DNA from: an uncultured Gemmatimonadaceae bacterium
GTDB taxonomy: Bacteria > Gemmatimonadota > Gemmatimonadetes > Gemmatimonadales > Gemmatimonadaceae
DNA length: 64,000 nucleotides
Reading direction: 5' to 3'
Assembly (NCBI GenBank): GCA_963829055.1
Contig: CAWHHI010000016.1
Span: forward strand, 96,001-160,000
Below are positions 21,950 to 32,265 of this stretch, in pieces. The notes under the pieces were generated by a model. The model was not told where the DNA came from. It ran no database searches and saw only the letters and a list, made by a program, of their open reading frames with translations. The position numbers and the translations under genes were made by a program. The stretch's first letter is position 1. The number at the start of each line of letters is the position of its first letter.

Positions 21950-24658
21950 ATGACGAGAGAGGAGCGCGTCGACGACGCTGACGGCACTGCTGACGGCACC
22001 GAGGTGGTTCACGTCCTCGCGCACACGCACTGGGACCGTGAGTGGTATCTCCCGGCTGGCCGCTTCCGCCAGCGACTCGTAGCACTCGTCGACGAACTGC
22101 TCGACGACGCGACGCCGTCGGCCCCGTTCCTCCTCGACGGCCAGGCGGTCATCCTCGACGACTACGCGGAGCTGCGTCCGGATCGGGTGCCGCGCCTGGC
22201 GGCGGCGCTCCAGAGCGGCGCACTCGAGGCCGGACCGTGGTACGTGCTCGCCGACGAGCTGATTCCGAGCGGCGAGGCGCTGGTCAGAAACCTTCACGCG
22301 GGTCGGCGCACGCTCCATCGCTTCGGAGCCGAGCCGCCGCGCGTGCTCTACTCGCCGGACGCGTTCGGGCACGCCGCGGCGCTGCCGTGCATTGCGGTTG
22401 GATTCGGGATGGACGTTGTCGTCGCCTGGCGCGGATTCGGTGGCCGACGTTGGCCGTCGACCGACACCGTGCGGTGGCAGTCCGCCGACGGATCTGCCGT
22501 CACGCTGTTCCACCTCCCCCCAGACGGCTACGAGTTCGGCTCCAGCCTTCCGACGGAGTCGGCGGCCGCGGCTGCCCGTTGGCGAACGATGCACGATGTT
22601 CTCGCGCGTCGATCGAGAACCGGCGTGCTGCTCGTACAGAACGGCGCGGATCATCACGCGCGGCAGTCTGCACAGGACGATGCTGTGCGCGCGCTCGCCG
22701 TAGCTGCTGCCCCAACACCCGTCGAGCGCGTGTCGCTCGGCAGGTTCGCTGCAGAGTTGCTGCAACGATCGACGCGTGCGTCGTTGCCGACGGTGCGCGG
22801 CGAGTTGCGCGATTCGTACGGCTACACCTGGACGCTCCAGGGGACGTTCGGCACGCGCGCTCGGCAGAAGCGGCGCAATGCGCACGCCGAGCGCCTGCTG
22901 GTGCGTGATGCCGAGCCGTGGGCCGCGCTCGCCGCGCGAGCCGGCGGTGTGTCCCGACGCCATCTGACGGACGCCGCCTGGCGCACGGTGTTGCTCTCGC
23001 ACCCACACGACACGCTGTGCGGCTGCTCCATCGACGACGTCGCGCGCGCCATGGACGCGCGGCTCGATGACGCGATCGCGCAGGGCAACGGCATTCGGGA
23101 CGATGCCGTGCTCGACGTGATCGGCCACGACGCGGTCGGCGCGCGCACGCAGAAACCAAAATGGCGGTCGCTCATGCTCGTGCGGAATCGGGCACCGCGA
23201 GCGCGCGGAGGCATCGCCGACCTGGAGATCGAGACGTTCCTCGCGGACGTGTCGGTCGGCCCTGGCTCCGCACCACCGGAGCGCGTTAGGCACGTGGTGT
23301 CGCCGCGGCTCCTGTACGGCGACGCTCCCGTGCAGTTGCTCGCGACGCGGCGGACGAACCGGCGCATCGAGTCGCCGCAGCACTATCCCGACAACGATCT
23401 CGTCGAGGTACGCCGGGTCGTCGCCTGGATACCGGCGGTGCCCGGCTACTCGGTTACGCCGCTCCACCTCGATGAAGGGAAGAGCACACTGCCGCTCGCT
23501 GACCCGTCGGTGGTCGCGACGTCCGAGTCGCTCGACAATGGAATCCTTCGCGTTCAGCTCGAGACCGACGGCACGATCTCTCTGTCGTCCGCCGACGGCA
23601 CGTGGTCGATCAAGCGAGCCGTCGCCATCGAGGACGTTGGAGATCGCGGAGACCTGTACACCCATTCGCCGTTCGGATCGGTGAGGATCGAGGACCGCTT
23701 TCTCCGCGCGCGCCTGATCCACACGGGGCCGCTCCGCGCCGAGATCGAGACGCGGTGGCGCATCGTCGTGCCGTCCGCTGTCGACCGTCGCCTCGCCGGC
23801 GCTCGGCGCGAAGGCACGAGTGCGGGCTTCATCGACATGCGCATCCGGCTTCGGCTCGATGCCGGCGCACCGTATCTGTCGCTATTCGTCGACGGCATCA
23901 ATGGCGCCGCTGGACACCGACTGCGGCTTCGCATGCGCACGGGGGTCGCGAACCCGCGCGTGTGGGCTGACGCGGCGTTTGGTCCCGTCGAGCGCGTCCC
24001 GGTTGTGGTGAGTGAGCGCGAGCGCGCGATCGAGGCCCCGCCGCCGACTGCGCCGCTGCATCGCTACGTGTCCGTCTTCGATGCGGCGCGGGGTGTCACC
24101 GTGTACAGCGATGGCCTGGCCGAGTACGAGGCGGACGCGGAGGGGGACGTCGCGGTGACGCTCGTGAGGGCAGTGGGCGATCTATCGCGAAACGATCTTC
24201 CGGAGCGACCCGGCCACGCGGGCTGGCCGGTGCCGACCCCGGAGGCGCAGATGTTCGGCCCCTTCGCCGCCGAGCTCGCGGTCTTCCCCCATGGCCCGCG
24301 CGACGCGGACACGATCGATCTGATCGAGCGCACCGCGGACGACGTCCTGCTGCCGCTCGTCGGCACCACGTTGCGGTCGGCGCTCGCGGACTATCCCGCG
24401 ACCGCGGGCCTGGAGCTCGAGGGCCGCGGCCTCGCGTTCTCGACCGCGACGGAAAGCCAGGACGGCGAGTGGCTCGTGCTCCGGTGTGTGAACCTGACGG
24501 ACGAGCCGACCGCGGGCCTCTGGCGTCTCCCGTTCACGCCGCGTGAGGCAAGCCTCGCGCGACTCGATGAGACCCCGTTAGGCGCCGCGCCGGTGAACGA
24601 GTCGTCCGTCGCGTTTACCGCGGGCCCGCATGCGGTGGTGACGCTGCTGGTGCGCTGA
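21950..24658 (+). CDS. Glycoside hydrolase family 38 (alpha-mannosidase / mannosylglycerate hydrolase-like), no signal peptide
   Basis: HTHWDREWY, LDGQ, GPWYVLADE, SGEALVRNL, PDAFGH, HDTLCGCSID, TLVRAVG. Confidence 0.9.
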   Translation: MTREERVDDADGTADGTEVVHVLAHTHWDREWYLPAGRFRQRLVALVDELLDDATPSAPFLLDGQAVILDDYAELRPDRVPRLAAALQSGALEAGPWYVLADELIPSGEALVRNLHAGRRTLHRFGAEPPRVLYSPDAFGHAAALPCIAVGFGMDVVVAWRGFGGRRWPSTDTVRWQSADGSAVTLFHLPPDGYEFGSSLPTESAAAAARWRTMHDVLARRSRTGVLLVQNGADHHARQSAQDDAVRALAVAAAPTPVERVSLGRFAAELLQRSTRASLPTVRGELRDSYGYTWTLQGTFGTRARQKRRNAHAERLLVRDAEPWAALAARAGGVSRRHLTDAAWRTVLLSHPHDTLCGCSIDDVARAMDARLDDAIAQGNGIRDDAVLDVIGHDAVGARTQKPKWRSLMLVRNRAPRARGGIADLEIETFLADVSVGPGSAPPERVRHVVSPRLLYGDAPVQLLATRRTNRRIESPQHYPDNDLVEVRRVVAWIPAVPGYSVTPLHLDEGKSTLPLADPSVVATSESLDNGILRVQLETDGTISLSSADGTWSIKRAVAIEDVGDRGDLYTHSPFGSVRIEDRFLRARLIHTGPLRAEIETRWRIVVPSAVDRRLAGARREGTSAGFIDMRIRLRLDAGAPYLSLFVDGINGAAGHRLRLRMRTGVANPRVWADAAFGPVERVPVVVSERERAIEAPPPTAPLHRYVSVFDAARGVTVYSDGLAEYEADAEGDVAVTLVRAVGDLSRNDLPERPGHAGWPVPTPEAQMFGPFAAELAVFPHGPRDADTIDLIERTADDVLLPLVGTTLRSALADYPATAGLELEGRGLAFSTATESQDGEWLVLRCVNLTDEPTAGLWRLPFTPREASLARLDETPLGAAPVNESSVAFTAGPHAVVTLLVR

Positions 24659-24677
24659 CCGGCGAGCGGACGGCGTT

Positions 24678-24757
24678 GTCGATCCCGAGCGACAGGGTTG
24701 TCATCCCGAGCGACAGGGTTGTCATCCCGAGCGTCAGCGAGCGTCAGCGAGGGATCT
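24678..24757. repeat. Three tandem ~21-bp GTCATCCCGAGCG-type REP left arms
   Basis: GTC(G)ATCCCGAGCGACAGGGTT at 24678 and 24700; GTCATCCCGAGCGTCAGCGAG at 24721. Confidence 0.8.
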
Positions 24758-24819
24758 TCTCGACGGTCATCGTGGCCGTTGTGCTGGCCTCGATTCCATT
24801 GACGCTGGCTGCACTACGC

Positions 24820-24921
24820 AACGCAGATGGCTCAGAGCGCGCAGATCACGCAGAAACGGCAATTGCAATGTGTTCATATTTCTTTTCTGCGTCGTTCTGC
24901 GCGTTCAGAGCGCTCTGCGTT
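24820..24921. repeat. Imperfect hairpin of ACGCAGA / TCTGCGT units
   Basis: AACGCAGATGGCTCAGAGCGCGCAGATCACGCAGAAA pairs with TTTCTGCGTCGTTCTGCGCGTTCAGAGCGCTCTGCGTT. Confidence 0.7.
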
Positions 24922-25177
24922 CCGCCGTCCCGAGTCGCGCACACTCGGCGCATCGCCGGCAACGATGACATCACCGAAGGTCGGCCCCTCCGTCGTTGCA
25001 CCGCCTCGGGGCAGGCTCTGCCGCTCCTCGGCTGACATGGAGTCAATCCGGCCGATCCGGCGCATCCGTTCGCTCCATTCGTCTGAGATGGTTGTCGAAG
25101 CAGGCCTCGGCGTCCTCTGCCGTAAACAGCAGGTGCCGTCGCCGTCGTTAGGTCCATCCGAATGGTGACTGGTCCGA

Positions 25178-26024
25178 CTAGGTTCGCTCCGCGAGGTCCC
25201 GTGGCTTCTCGCCCGCCAGTCGATCTCGCAACGAGTCTCCGAGCAGCGTGCACGCCAGCACCGTGATGATCAGCGCGATCCCCGGCGCGATCGCGACCCA
25301 CGGTGCTGTGACGATCAGGTCGCGACCTCCAGCGATCATGTTCCCCCAACTCGGCGCCGGCGGCTGGATGCCCAGTCCGAGGAACGACAGGCCGCTCTCG
25401 AGGAGGATGGCGTTGCCGACGCCGAGCGTCGTCGCCACGATCGCCGGCCCGAGTGCGTTTGGCACCACATGGCGCCACAGCACTCGGCGCGACGACGCGC
25501 CTAACGCCTGGGCCGCCGACACGTACGGCTGCGCCCGCACGCCGAGCACTTCGCCGCGCACCAGCCGCGCGACGCCCATCCAGCCCGTCGCGCCGAGCAC
25601 GACCAGCACCGTCGCGGCACCCGGCTGCCACAGCGCCGCGCAGAGGAGAAGGAGGATCAATCTCGGTATCGAGAGCAGCGCGTCGGAGATCGCCATGGCG
25701 ACGCGGTCCACCACGCCGCCGCTCCACGCCGCCACGGCGCCGATCGCGGTGCCCACAATGCCCGCGAGCAGCGAGCCCGCAATGCCGACCGCCAGCGAGA
25801 TTCTGCCCGCGACCATCATCCGCACGAACAGGTCTCGGCCGAACCGATCGGTGCCCAGGATGTGGAAGCGGCCGAGCGCGTCGGAGTATCCGGGCGGAAT
25901 CGAGCCGCGTCGCCAGCACGTCGCCGATCGCGAGCGGGTCCGTGACCGCGAGCCACGGCACGAAGACGACCGCCGCGATGAGCGCGACGAGCACGACGGC
26001 TGAGAATCGCGCGAGCCGACTCAC
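25178..26024 (-). CDS. Peptide/nickel-type ABC transporter permease (DppC-like); frameshift near 25895
   Basis: ILGTDRFGRD, AAQALGAS, HVVPNA, ESGLSFLGLG, PSWG. Confidence 0.88.
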
Positions 26025-26045
26025 GTCTCGCCTACCGCACGCGGG

Positions 26046-27026
26046 CTACGCGTCACGTCGGGGATCGATCAGCGGCAACACGAGATCGGCCGCGAGGTTC
26101 GCAAGAATCACCAGGCCCGCGTAGAGCACCGTCGCTCCCATCACGACCGGATAGTCGCGCGACGAGATCGCCATGACCATGACGCGTCCCATGCCGGGCC
26201 ATGCGAAGACGCTCTCGACGAATACCGACCCGGCAACCACGCCCGGCAACGAGAGCGCGAGCAGTACGACGAGCGGCGGCAGCGCGTTCGCGAGCACGTG
26301 GCGGCCGTACACCGCCCGTGGTGTGAGTCCTTTCGCGCGTGCCGTGCGCACCCAGTCCGCGCCGGCGAGATCTGCCACGGTGCTCCGTGCATAACGCGCG
26401 ATGCCCGCGGCACCGACGGCCGCGAGCACCGTGACCGGCAGCACCGCGTGACGGACGATGTCCGCGATCGCGGCCCATCCGGTCTCGGTTCCGCCGGGAT
26501 CACGTATCCCGAACGCCGGTAGCCGAAGCGCGGCAGGGAAGCCCCACACCGTGGCGCCGTAGGTGAAGACTGCGATGAGCGAGAGCGCCAACCAGAAGCT
26601 TGGTGCCGCGTAGATCGCCGTCGTCAGGAACGTCAGCGCCGGGTCGACTGCGGTGCCACGCCGCGCCGCCTGGAGAGTCCCGATGGCGACGCCGACGACG
26701 AACGTCAGCACCAGCGACGCCAGACCGAGGCCGAGCGATACCGGCAGGGCCTCGCGCAGCACGGAAGCGACAGGACGTCGCTGCGCGAAACTCTCTCCGA
26801 GGTCGCCGCGAAGCAGCGCGCCCATCCACTTTGCATATTGCACCGCGATCGGCGCATCGAGCGCCAACTCGTTCCGCAGTCGAGCAGCGTCTTCGGGCGT
26901 CGCTGTCGGCGGGACGAGAATCGCCGCAGCATCGCCCGGAGCCAGCCTGACGAGAACGAACGTGAGCGTGACGACGAGCCAGACCAGCACGAGTGCCGCC
27001 GCGAGCCGATGCATGAGAGTTCGCAC
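26046..27026 (-). CDS. Peptide/nickel-type ABC transporter permease (DppB-like)
   Basis: LAPGD, GDLGES, TARAKGL, ESVFAWPGMG, RDYP, NLAAD. Confidence 0.92.
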   Translation of the reverse strand: MRTLMHRLAAALVLVWLVVTLTFVLVRLAPGDAAAILVPPTATPEDAARLRNELALDAPIAVQYAKWMGALLRGDLGESFAQRRPVASVLREALPVSLGLGLASLVLTFVVGVAIGTLQAARRGTAVDPALTFLTTAIYAAPSFWLALSLIAVFTYGATVWGFPAALRLPAFGIRDPGGTETGWAAIADIVRHAVLPVTVLAAVGAAGIARYARSTVADLAGADWVRTARAKGLTPRAVYGRHVLANALPPLVVLLALSLPGVVAGSVFVESVFAWPGMGRVMVMAISSRDYPVVMGATVLYAGLVILANLAADLVLPLIDPRRDA

Positions 27027-27032
27027 CCGGGG

Positions 27033-28634
27033 ATGATGCGCCCCGACCGACGCGCGTCAACGTGCGCCGCCCTCTTCGTGTTCTTCGCGTTCCTCGGCGC
27101 CATCACGGCGTGCGACGCTCCTGCGCGATCGAGCGATACCGTGGTGTACGCCACAGGCGTCGACCTCGAGTCAGCGAATCCGCTGGTGACCATGCATCCG
27201 CTGTCGCGACAGATGCAGCGGTTCGCGCTGCTCGTCACGCTCGCCCGCTACGACTCCGCGCTCGTGCCGCAGCCGTATCTCGCGACGCGCTGGGAGTGGA
27301 ACGCCTCGGGCGACGAGCTGACCCTGCACCTCTACTCCGGCCTCACCTGGCACGACGGCGCTCCGACAACCGCGCGCGATGTCGCGTTCACGCTGGACGC
27401 CGCGCGCGATCGATCCACCGGCTTCGCGCGCTACGGCGAGCTCGCATCCATCACGCGTACGCAAGCTGTCGACGACTCTACCGTTCGCATCCACTTCTCG
27501 TCGCCACCGCCGGGCTTCCCGCCAATCTTCGCCGAGTTGCCGATCGTCCCCGCGCACCTGCTCGCGAACGTTCCACGGTCCGAGATGCGGCGTGCGCCAT
27601 ACAACCTGAACCCGGTGGGCAACGGCCCATTTCGATTTCTGTCGCGGGAAGCCGGCCGCCGCTGGGTCCTCGAGCGCGTCCCGAACTTTCCGGCAGCGCT
27701 CGGCGGCCCGCCGACGATTCCGCGACTGGTGATCGCAGTCGTGGATGAGCCGACGACGAAGTTCGCGGGCCTTGTCAGTGGCGAGCTCGCCGTTGCGGGC
27801 ATCGCGCCGACGATGGCGTCGCTCGTGGCGCGCGATCCCTCGCTGCGCGTGATCTCGTATCCGGTGCTGCTCGCGAACGCCGTCGTGTTCAACCCGTCGC
27901 GCCCGCCGTTCGACGACGTCCGCGTCCGCCGCGCGATCTCGGCCGCCATCGATCGGCGCCGCATCATCGACGCGGCGCTCGCCGGGTACGCGACACCCGC
28001 GTACGGACCGGCGTCGCCGGACAATCCGCTCGCGCTCACCGTGCCCGCGCCGAACGTTGCGACCGCGGACTCGTTGTTCGATGCCGCCGGTTGGGTACGC
28101 GCCTCGGACGGGCGTCGCATGCGGGCAGGGAAGCCGCTCGCGTTCACGCTGCTTACCGTTGGCAGTGGCGACAACGCGGTCGAGCAGTTGCTGCAAGCGG
28201 ACATGCGCGCGCATGGCGTTACGGTCGAGATCCGTCAGCTCGAGTTCGGAGCGTTTCTCGCCGAAGCGCGCGCGAACCCCAAACGCTTCGACGCGCTGTT
28301 CACGGGAATCCCGGGCGACCTGTCACTCTCGTATCTTGCGGCGATGTTCGACTCGAGGCTCTCCGGCGGTCCGCTCGACTACGCCGGGTTTCACACGCCG
28401 GCGCTCGACAGCGCGTTTGCTCGCGTGTCCGCGGCAAGAAGCCACGCCGATCTGGTGGAAGGCTGGCGCGCTGTCCAGCGTGTGCTCGACGACGCGACGC
28501 CGGTCGCCTGGGTGTATCACTCCCGCGGCGTTCAGGGCGTGACCGCTCGACTCGGTGGCGTGCGCATGGATCTCCGGGGCGAGATGCCGACACTCGCGCG
28601 GTGGACTCTCTCGGACGCGGGCGCCAAACCGTGA
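27033..28634 (+). CDS. Family 5 ABC substrate-binding lipoprotein
   Basis: Lipobox ITAC, WHDGAPTTARDVAFT, PVGNGPF, PFDDVRVRRAI. Confidence 0.9.
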   Translation: MMRPDRRASTCAALFVFFAFLGAITACDAPARSSDTVVYATGVDLESANPLVTMHPLSRQMQRFALLVTLARYDSALVPQPYLATRWEWNASGDELTLHLYSGLTWHDGAPTTARDVAFTLDAARDRSTGFARYGELASITRTQAVDDSTVRIHFSSPPPGFPPIFAELPIVPAHLLANVPRSEMRRAPYNLNPVGNGPFRFLSREAGRRWVLERVPNFPAALGGPPTIPRLVIAVVDEPTTKFAGLVSGELAVAGIAPTMASLVARDPSLRVISYPVLLANAVVFNPSRPPFDDVRVRRAISAAIDRRRIIDAALAGYATPAYGPASPDNPLALTVPAPNVATADSLFDAAGWVRASDGRRMRAGKPLAFTLLTVGSGDNAVEQLLQADMRAHGVTVEIRQLEFGAFLAEARANPKRFDALFTGIPGDLSLSYLAAMFDSRLSGGPLDYAGFHTPALDSAFARVSAARSHADLVEGWRAVQRVLDDATPVAWVYHSRGVQGVTARLGGVRMDLRGEMPTLARWTLSDAGAKP

Positions 28635-31407
28635 CGGTACTGCTTCACACGGCTGGGGTTGATGCGCGTCGCGGGGCGATTCATGGATCGTTGGCCGAGC
28701 TTGCGGACTCACTCGCGAACGACCTCGACCCGGTACTCTCGCGACCGCTGTTCATCCCTTCAGAGAAGGCGCGCATGACGCGCCGCGGCGGCCGCTGCGA
28801 GGCGGACGGCACGCTGCTCGAGTTCGACCCCTTCTCGCCACGCGTGCACCGCTGCCCGAAATGCGGATCGACGTTCGACGACGATACGCACTATCGCTGG
28901 TGGGTCATGGGGTATCAGCTCTGGCTGGCGGAGCGCGCGGTGCACGCGTCGACGCTGTATGCGCTCCGTGGAGACGCACGACATCTCCGATTTTGCGCGC
29001 GCGTGTGCTCGATGGCTACGCCGAGCGCTATCTCCAGTACCCGAACAAGGACAACGTCCTCGGGCCGACGCGGCTCTTCTTCAGCACATACCTCGAATCG
29101 ATCTGGCTGCTGCAGATCATCGTCGCGCTGGACCTGCTGGAGCTCTCGGCGCCCACATCATCGCTCGCCACGTTAGGTGGTCGGGTGCGTGACCGCATCA
29201 TCGATCCGAGCTCCGCGCTCATCGCGAGCTATGACGAGGGACTGTCCAACCGGCAGGTGTGGAACAACGCCGCGCTGCTCGGCGCGAGACGCCTGCTCGG
29301 CAGGGGTATCGACCAGGCTGCGCTGCACGGCGCATTGGGGCTGACGGCGCACCTCACGCACGGCTTGTTAGGCGACGGGACGTGGTACGAGGGCGAGAAC
29401 TACCATTTGTTCGCGCACCGCGGGCTCTGGTATGGCGTGATGATCACGGAAACGGCGGGCGTCGAGCTGGATCCAGCGCTCGTGATGCGGTTCGAGGAGG
29501 CGTTCGCCACGCCGTTCGTCAGCGCGCTGCCGGACTTCACATTTCCGTCGCGCCGGGACTCACAGTACCGCGTGTCGCTGCGTCAGTGGCGCTTCGCCGA
29601 GCTGGCCGAGCTGGGACTCGTCAGGCGGCCAACGGACACGCGCCTCACTGCTGCGCTGGCGACGTTGTACGACAATGCTACGCCGCGCCACGACACCGGC
29701 CGCGCACGCTCGACTGCGGAAGCGGAACGGAACACTCCCAGCACCGCGCTGACCCGTGCGGACCTCGGCTGGCGATCGCTGCTGTTCGCGTTGCCGACGT
29801 TACCGCCTGTCGCGCACGCGTCCCAGCCTTCTGCGCTGCTCGCCGACCAGGGTCTCGCCATCCTGCGGCGTGACGGCGGCAACGTGTACGCGGCGCTGGA
29901 CTATGGGCACTCGGGGGCTGGGCACGGGCATCCCGATCGATTGAACGTGATCCTCGTCCGCGGCAACGATCGTTGGCTCGATGACGTCGGCACCGGCTCG
30001 TACGTCGATCCGTCGCTCCACTGGTATCGGAGCACGCTCGCGCATAACGCGCCGCTCGTGGACGGACGCTCGCAGCGTCGAGTGCACGGCTCGCTCGACG
30101 CGTACGAGGATCGAGGTGCGGCAGGGTGGGTACGCGCGTTCGTGGATGGTGTCGCGCCAGGCGTTAGGCTGGAGCGGACGCTGGTCGCTATGCCCAACTA
30201 CGTCATCGACGAGCTGACGTGGGTGAGCGACCACGACGCCACGGTCGACCTCCCCATGCACGTGGACGGCGATCTCGTCGGCGTCGGCGAATGGACGCGA
30301 GCAACACCCGACGGCGGCACAGAGGCAGAGGATGGATTCGGGTTTCTCACTGCGGCCGAGACCGCGACGTCCGATGGCGACGTTAGGCTTCACGCCAGGC
30401 TTGGCACCTCGACGGCGGACGCGCGCGTGTTCGTCGACGCGCCGCACGCGTGGTGGCGCGCCGTATCCTTCGGCGCACCGGGCGCTGGCCCCACGCGCTT
30501 TCACTTCGTGCGTGCGCGCGGCCGGCGCGGGTCGATCACGACCGTGTGGGATCTCGAAGCGGTCGTCGCCGATGCAGCGCGGGTCGATGCCAGCGTATCG
30601 GTTTCACTGCACGATGGTGCGCGGCATGAACACCGCGCGGATGCCGACGGCTGGCACATTGCCATGACCGTCGGTCGCGCGACGAGTAGCATCGACCTTG
30701 GTGGCGTGGTGCGAGGACGTGACGGTCGACCCGCCGGTGCCACTACGGCGGACGCGCGGCCCACGCCGATCACGATTCCTTCCCGGCAGCGCGCGCACGG
30801 TCCGGCCGCCCTGTCGCAGCCACTCGTGTTCACTCTCGAGGACGCGCAATACCGGCGTTCGGAGGACTCGTGGATCGAAGCCGGCAAGCCGACCGCAACC
30901 GTCTCGATCGCCGTCGAGCGCAGTGATATCGTGCTGACCATCGATGTCGCCAAGCCAGACGTACATTTCGCGCCGGTCTGCGACTCGAATCCGCTGGACA
31001 ACGAAAATCCTGATACCAACAGCGACGGCGTCCAATTGCACCTCGCCACTCCTGCCGACGACGGCGTTGCGCCCGACCGTGAGACCACCTGGCTCCTCGT
31101 GCCCGAGCTCGCGAGCAACCGTGTGCGCATCTCCGCTCGGCCCGAAGCGAGCGCGCAAATCGTGTCTGCCCAGTGGCAGCCGACAGGCCGCGGATATTCC
31201 GTGCGCTGCGTTCTTCCTACAGGAGCGCTCGGGATTGTAGCCCAAGTGCCGTTCCTGCTCGGCGTGGTGGTGAACGAAACCTCCCCCGATCGCGAGCGCA
31301 GGCGAGGCCAACTCGTGCTCGGCGGCCCGCCCGGTGAGTTCGTCTACCTTCGTGGGGACCGTCTCCCCCGAGATCGCCACCTCGCGTTCGTGATCGGCGA
31401 TGCCTGA
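28631..31407 (+). CDS. Heparinase II/III-domain polysaccharide lyase-like protein with N-terminal Cys motif and C-terminal beta-domain; frameshift near 28990
   Basis: WYEGENYH, DYGHSGAGHGHPDRL, DVGTGSY, WYRSTLAHN. N-terminal CEAD...HRCPKC. GTG overlaps the SBP stop. Confidence 0.75.
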
Positions 31408-32194
31408 GTCCATACTTTCGCAGGTGCACGTCGTTCTGTTCGAGCCCCAGGACCAGGTCAACATCGCTGCTGTAATCAGGGCGATGAAGAACATGGGCGT
31501 TTCCTCGCTGCGGCTCGTGCGCCCGGTCGAGTACGACGCGTATCGACTGGAGGGCATCGCGCACGACACGGCGGACATCATCGAGCGCATCCAGCACTAC
31601 GACGACCTGGACTCCGCCATCGCCGACTGCGTGTACGTTGCGGCGTACACGGCACGGCGGCGCGCCGCGAAACGCGTCGTCACCGATCCGCGCCAGTCCG
31701 CCCTCGATGTGCTCGCGGCGGTGAATCACGGGCCCGCGGCGCTGCTGTTCGGGCGCGAGGATAAAGGGCTGCCGAACGAGGCATTGGATCGGGCGCGCGT
31801 CGTCGTCAACATCCCGACCACGGCGCACGCGTCGCTGAATCTCGCGCAGGCCGTTCTCGTCGCGCTGTACGAGTTGCACGTCGCCGCGGGTGATGCGACG
31901 CGCAAAATCGCGCCGCCCCGCGACGATGCGCCGCTCGCCACGGCAGAGCAGTACGAGCGCCTGTTCGACAACGCCGCGCAGGCGCTCGAGATCATCGCGT
32001 TCTTCAAGACTCGCTTTCCTGAGCACATCATGCGTAGTGTTCGGTCGTTGGCGTACCGCGCCAATCCCGACGCCCGTGAGATCGAGCTGATGCGAGCGAT
32101 GGCCATCGAAGTCGTGCGAGCGACCGAGCGAGAGCGCAAGAAGACGCAGGCCGCAATCGATCGCGGCGGCGCTCCGTCCACGCCGGATGCCTAA
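31400..32194 (+). CDS. TrmJ/LasT-type SPOUT RNA methyltransferase
   Basis: VVLFEPQDQVNI, RAMKNMG, FGREDKGL, SLNLAQAV. Confidence 0.9.
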   Translation: MPESILSQVHVVLFEPQDQVNIAAVIRAMKNMGVSSLRLVRPVEYDAYRLEGIAHDTADIIERIQHYDDLDSAIADCVYVAAYTARRRAAKRVVTDPRQSALDVLAAVNHGPAALLFGREDKGLPNEALDRARVVVNIPTTAHASLNLAQAVLVALYELHVAAGDATRKIAPPRDDAPLATAEQYERLFDNAAQALEIIAFFKTRFPEHIMRSVRSLAYRANPDAREIELMRAMAIEVVRATERERKKTQAAIDRGGAPSTPDA

Positions 32195-32231
32195 CGGGGC
32201 GCGGGCGCACAGCAGCTAGCGCGCGCAGCCG

Positions 32232-32262
32232 CGATTCCCGATTCCCCATTCCCGATTCCCGA
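32232..32262. repeat. GATTCCC heptamer tandem repeat
   Basis: CGATTCCCGATTCCCCATTCCCGATTCCCG; near-identical arm at about 34492-34521. Confidence 0.75.
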
Positions 32263-32265
32263 GCA

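Noticed and set aside
21533..23722. Long antisense or alternate-frame ORFs (e.g. 729 aa here; 2507..4102; 57854..59251)
   Set aside because: Shadows of real genes in high-GC DNA; Arg/Ala-rich with no recognisable motifs.
24678..24757. Tandem 21-bp repeats as a CRISPR array
   Set aside because: No unique spacers, only three units, the sequence matches the REP family, and there are no cas genes.
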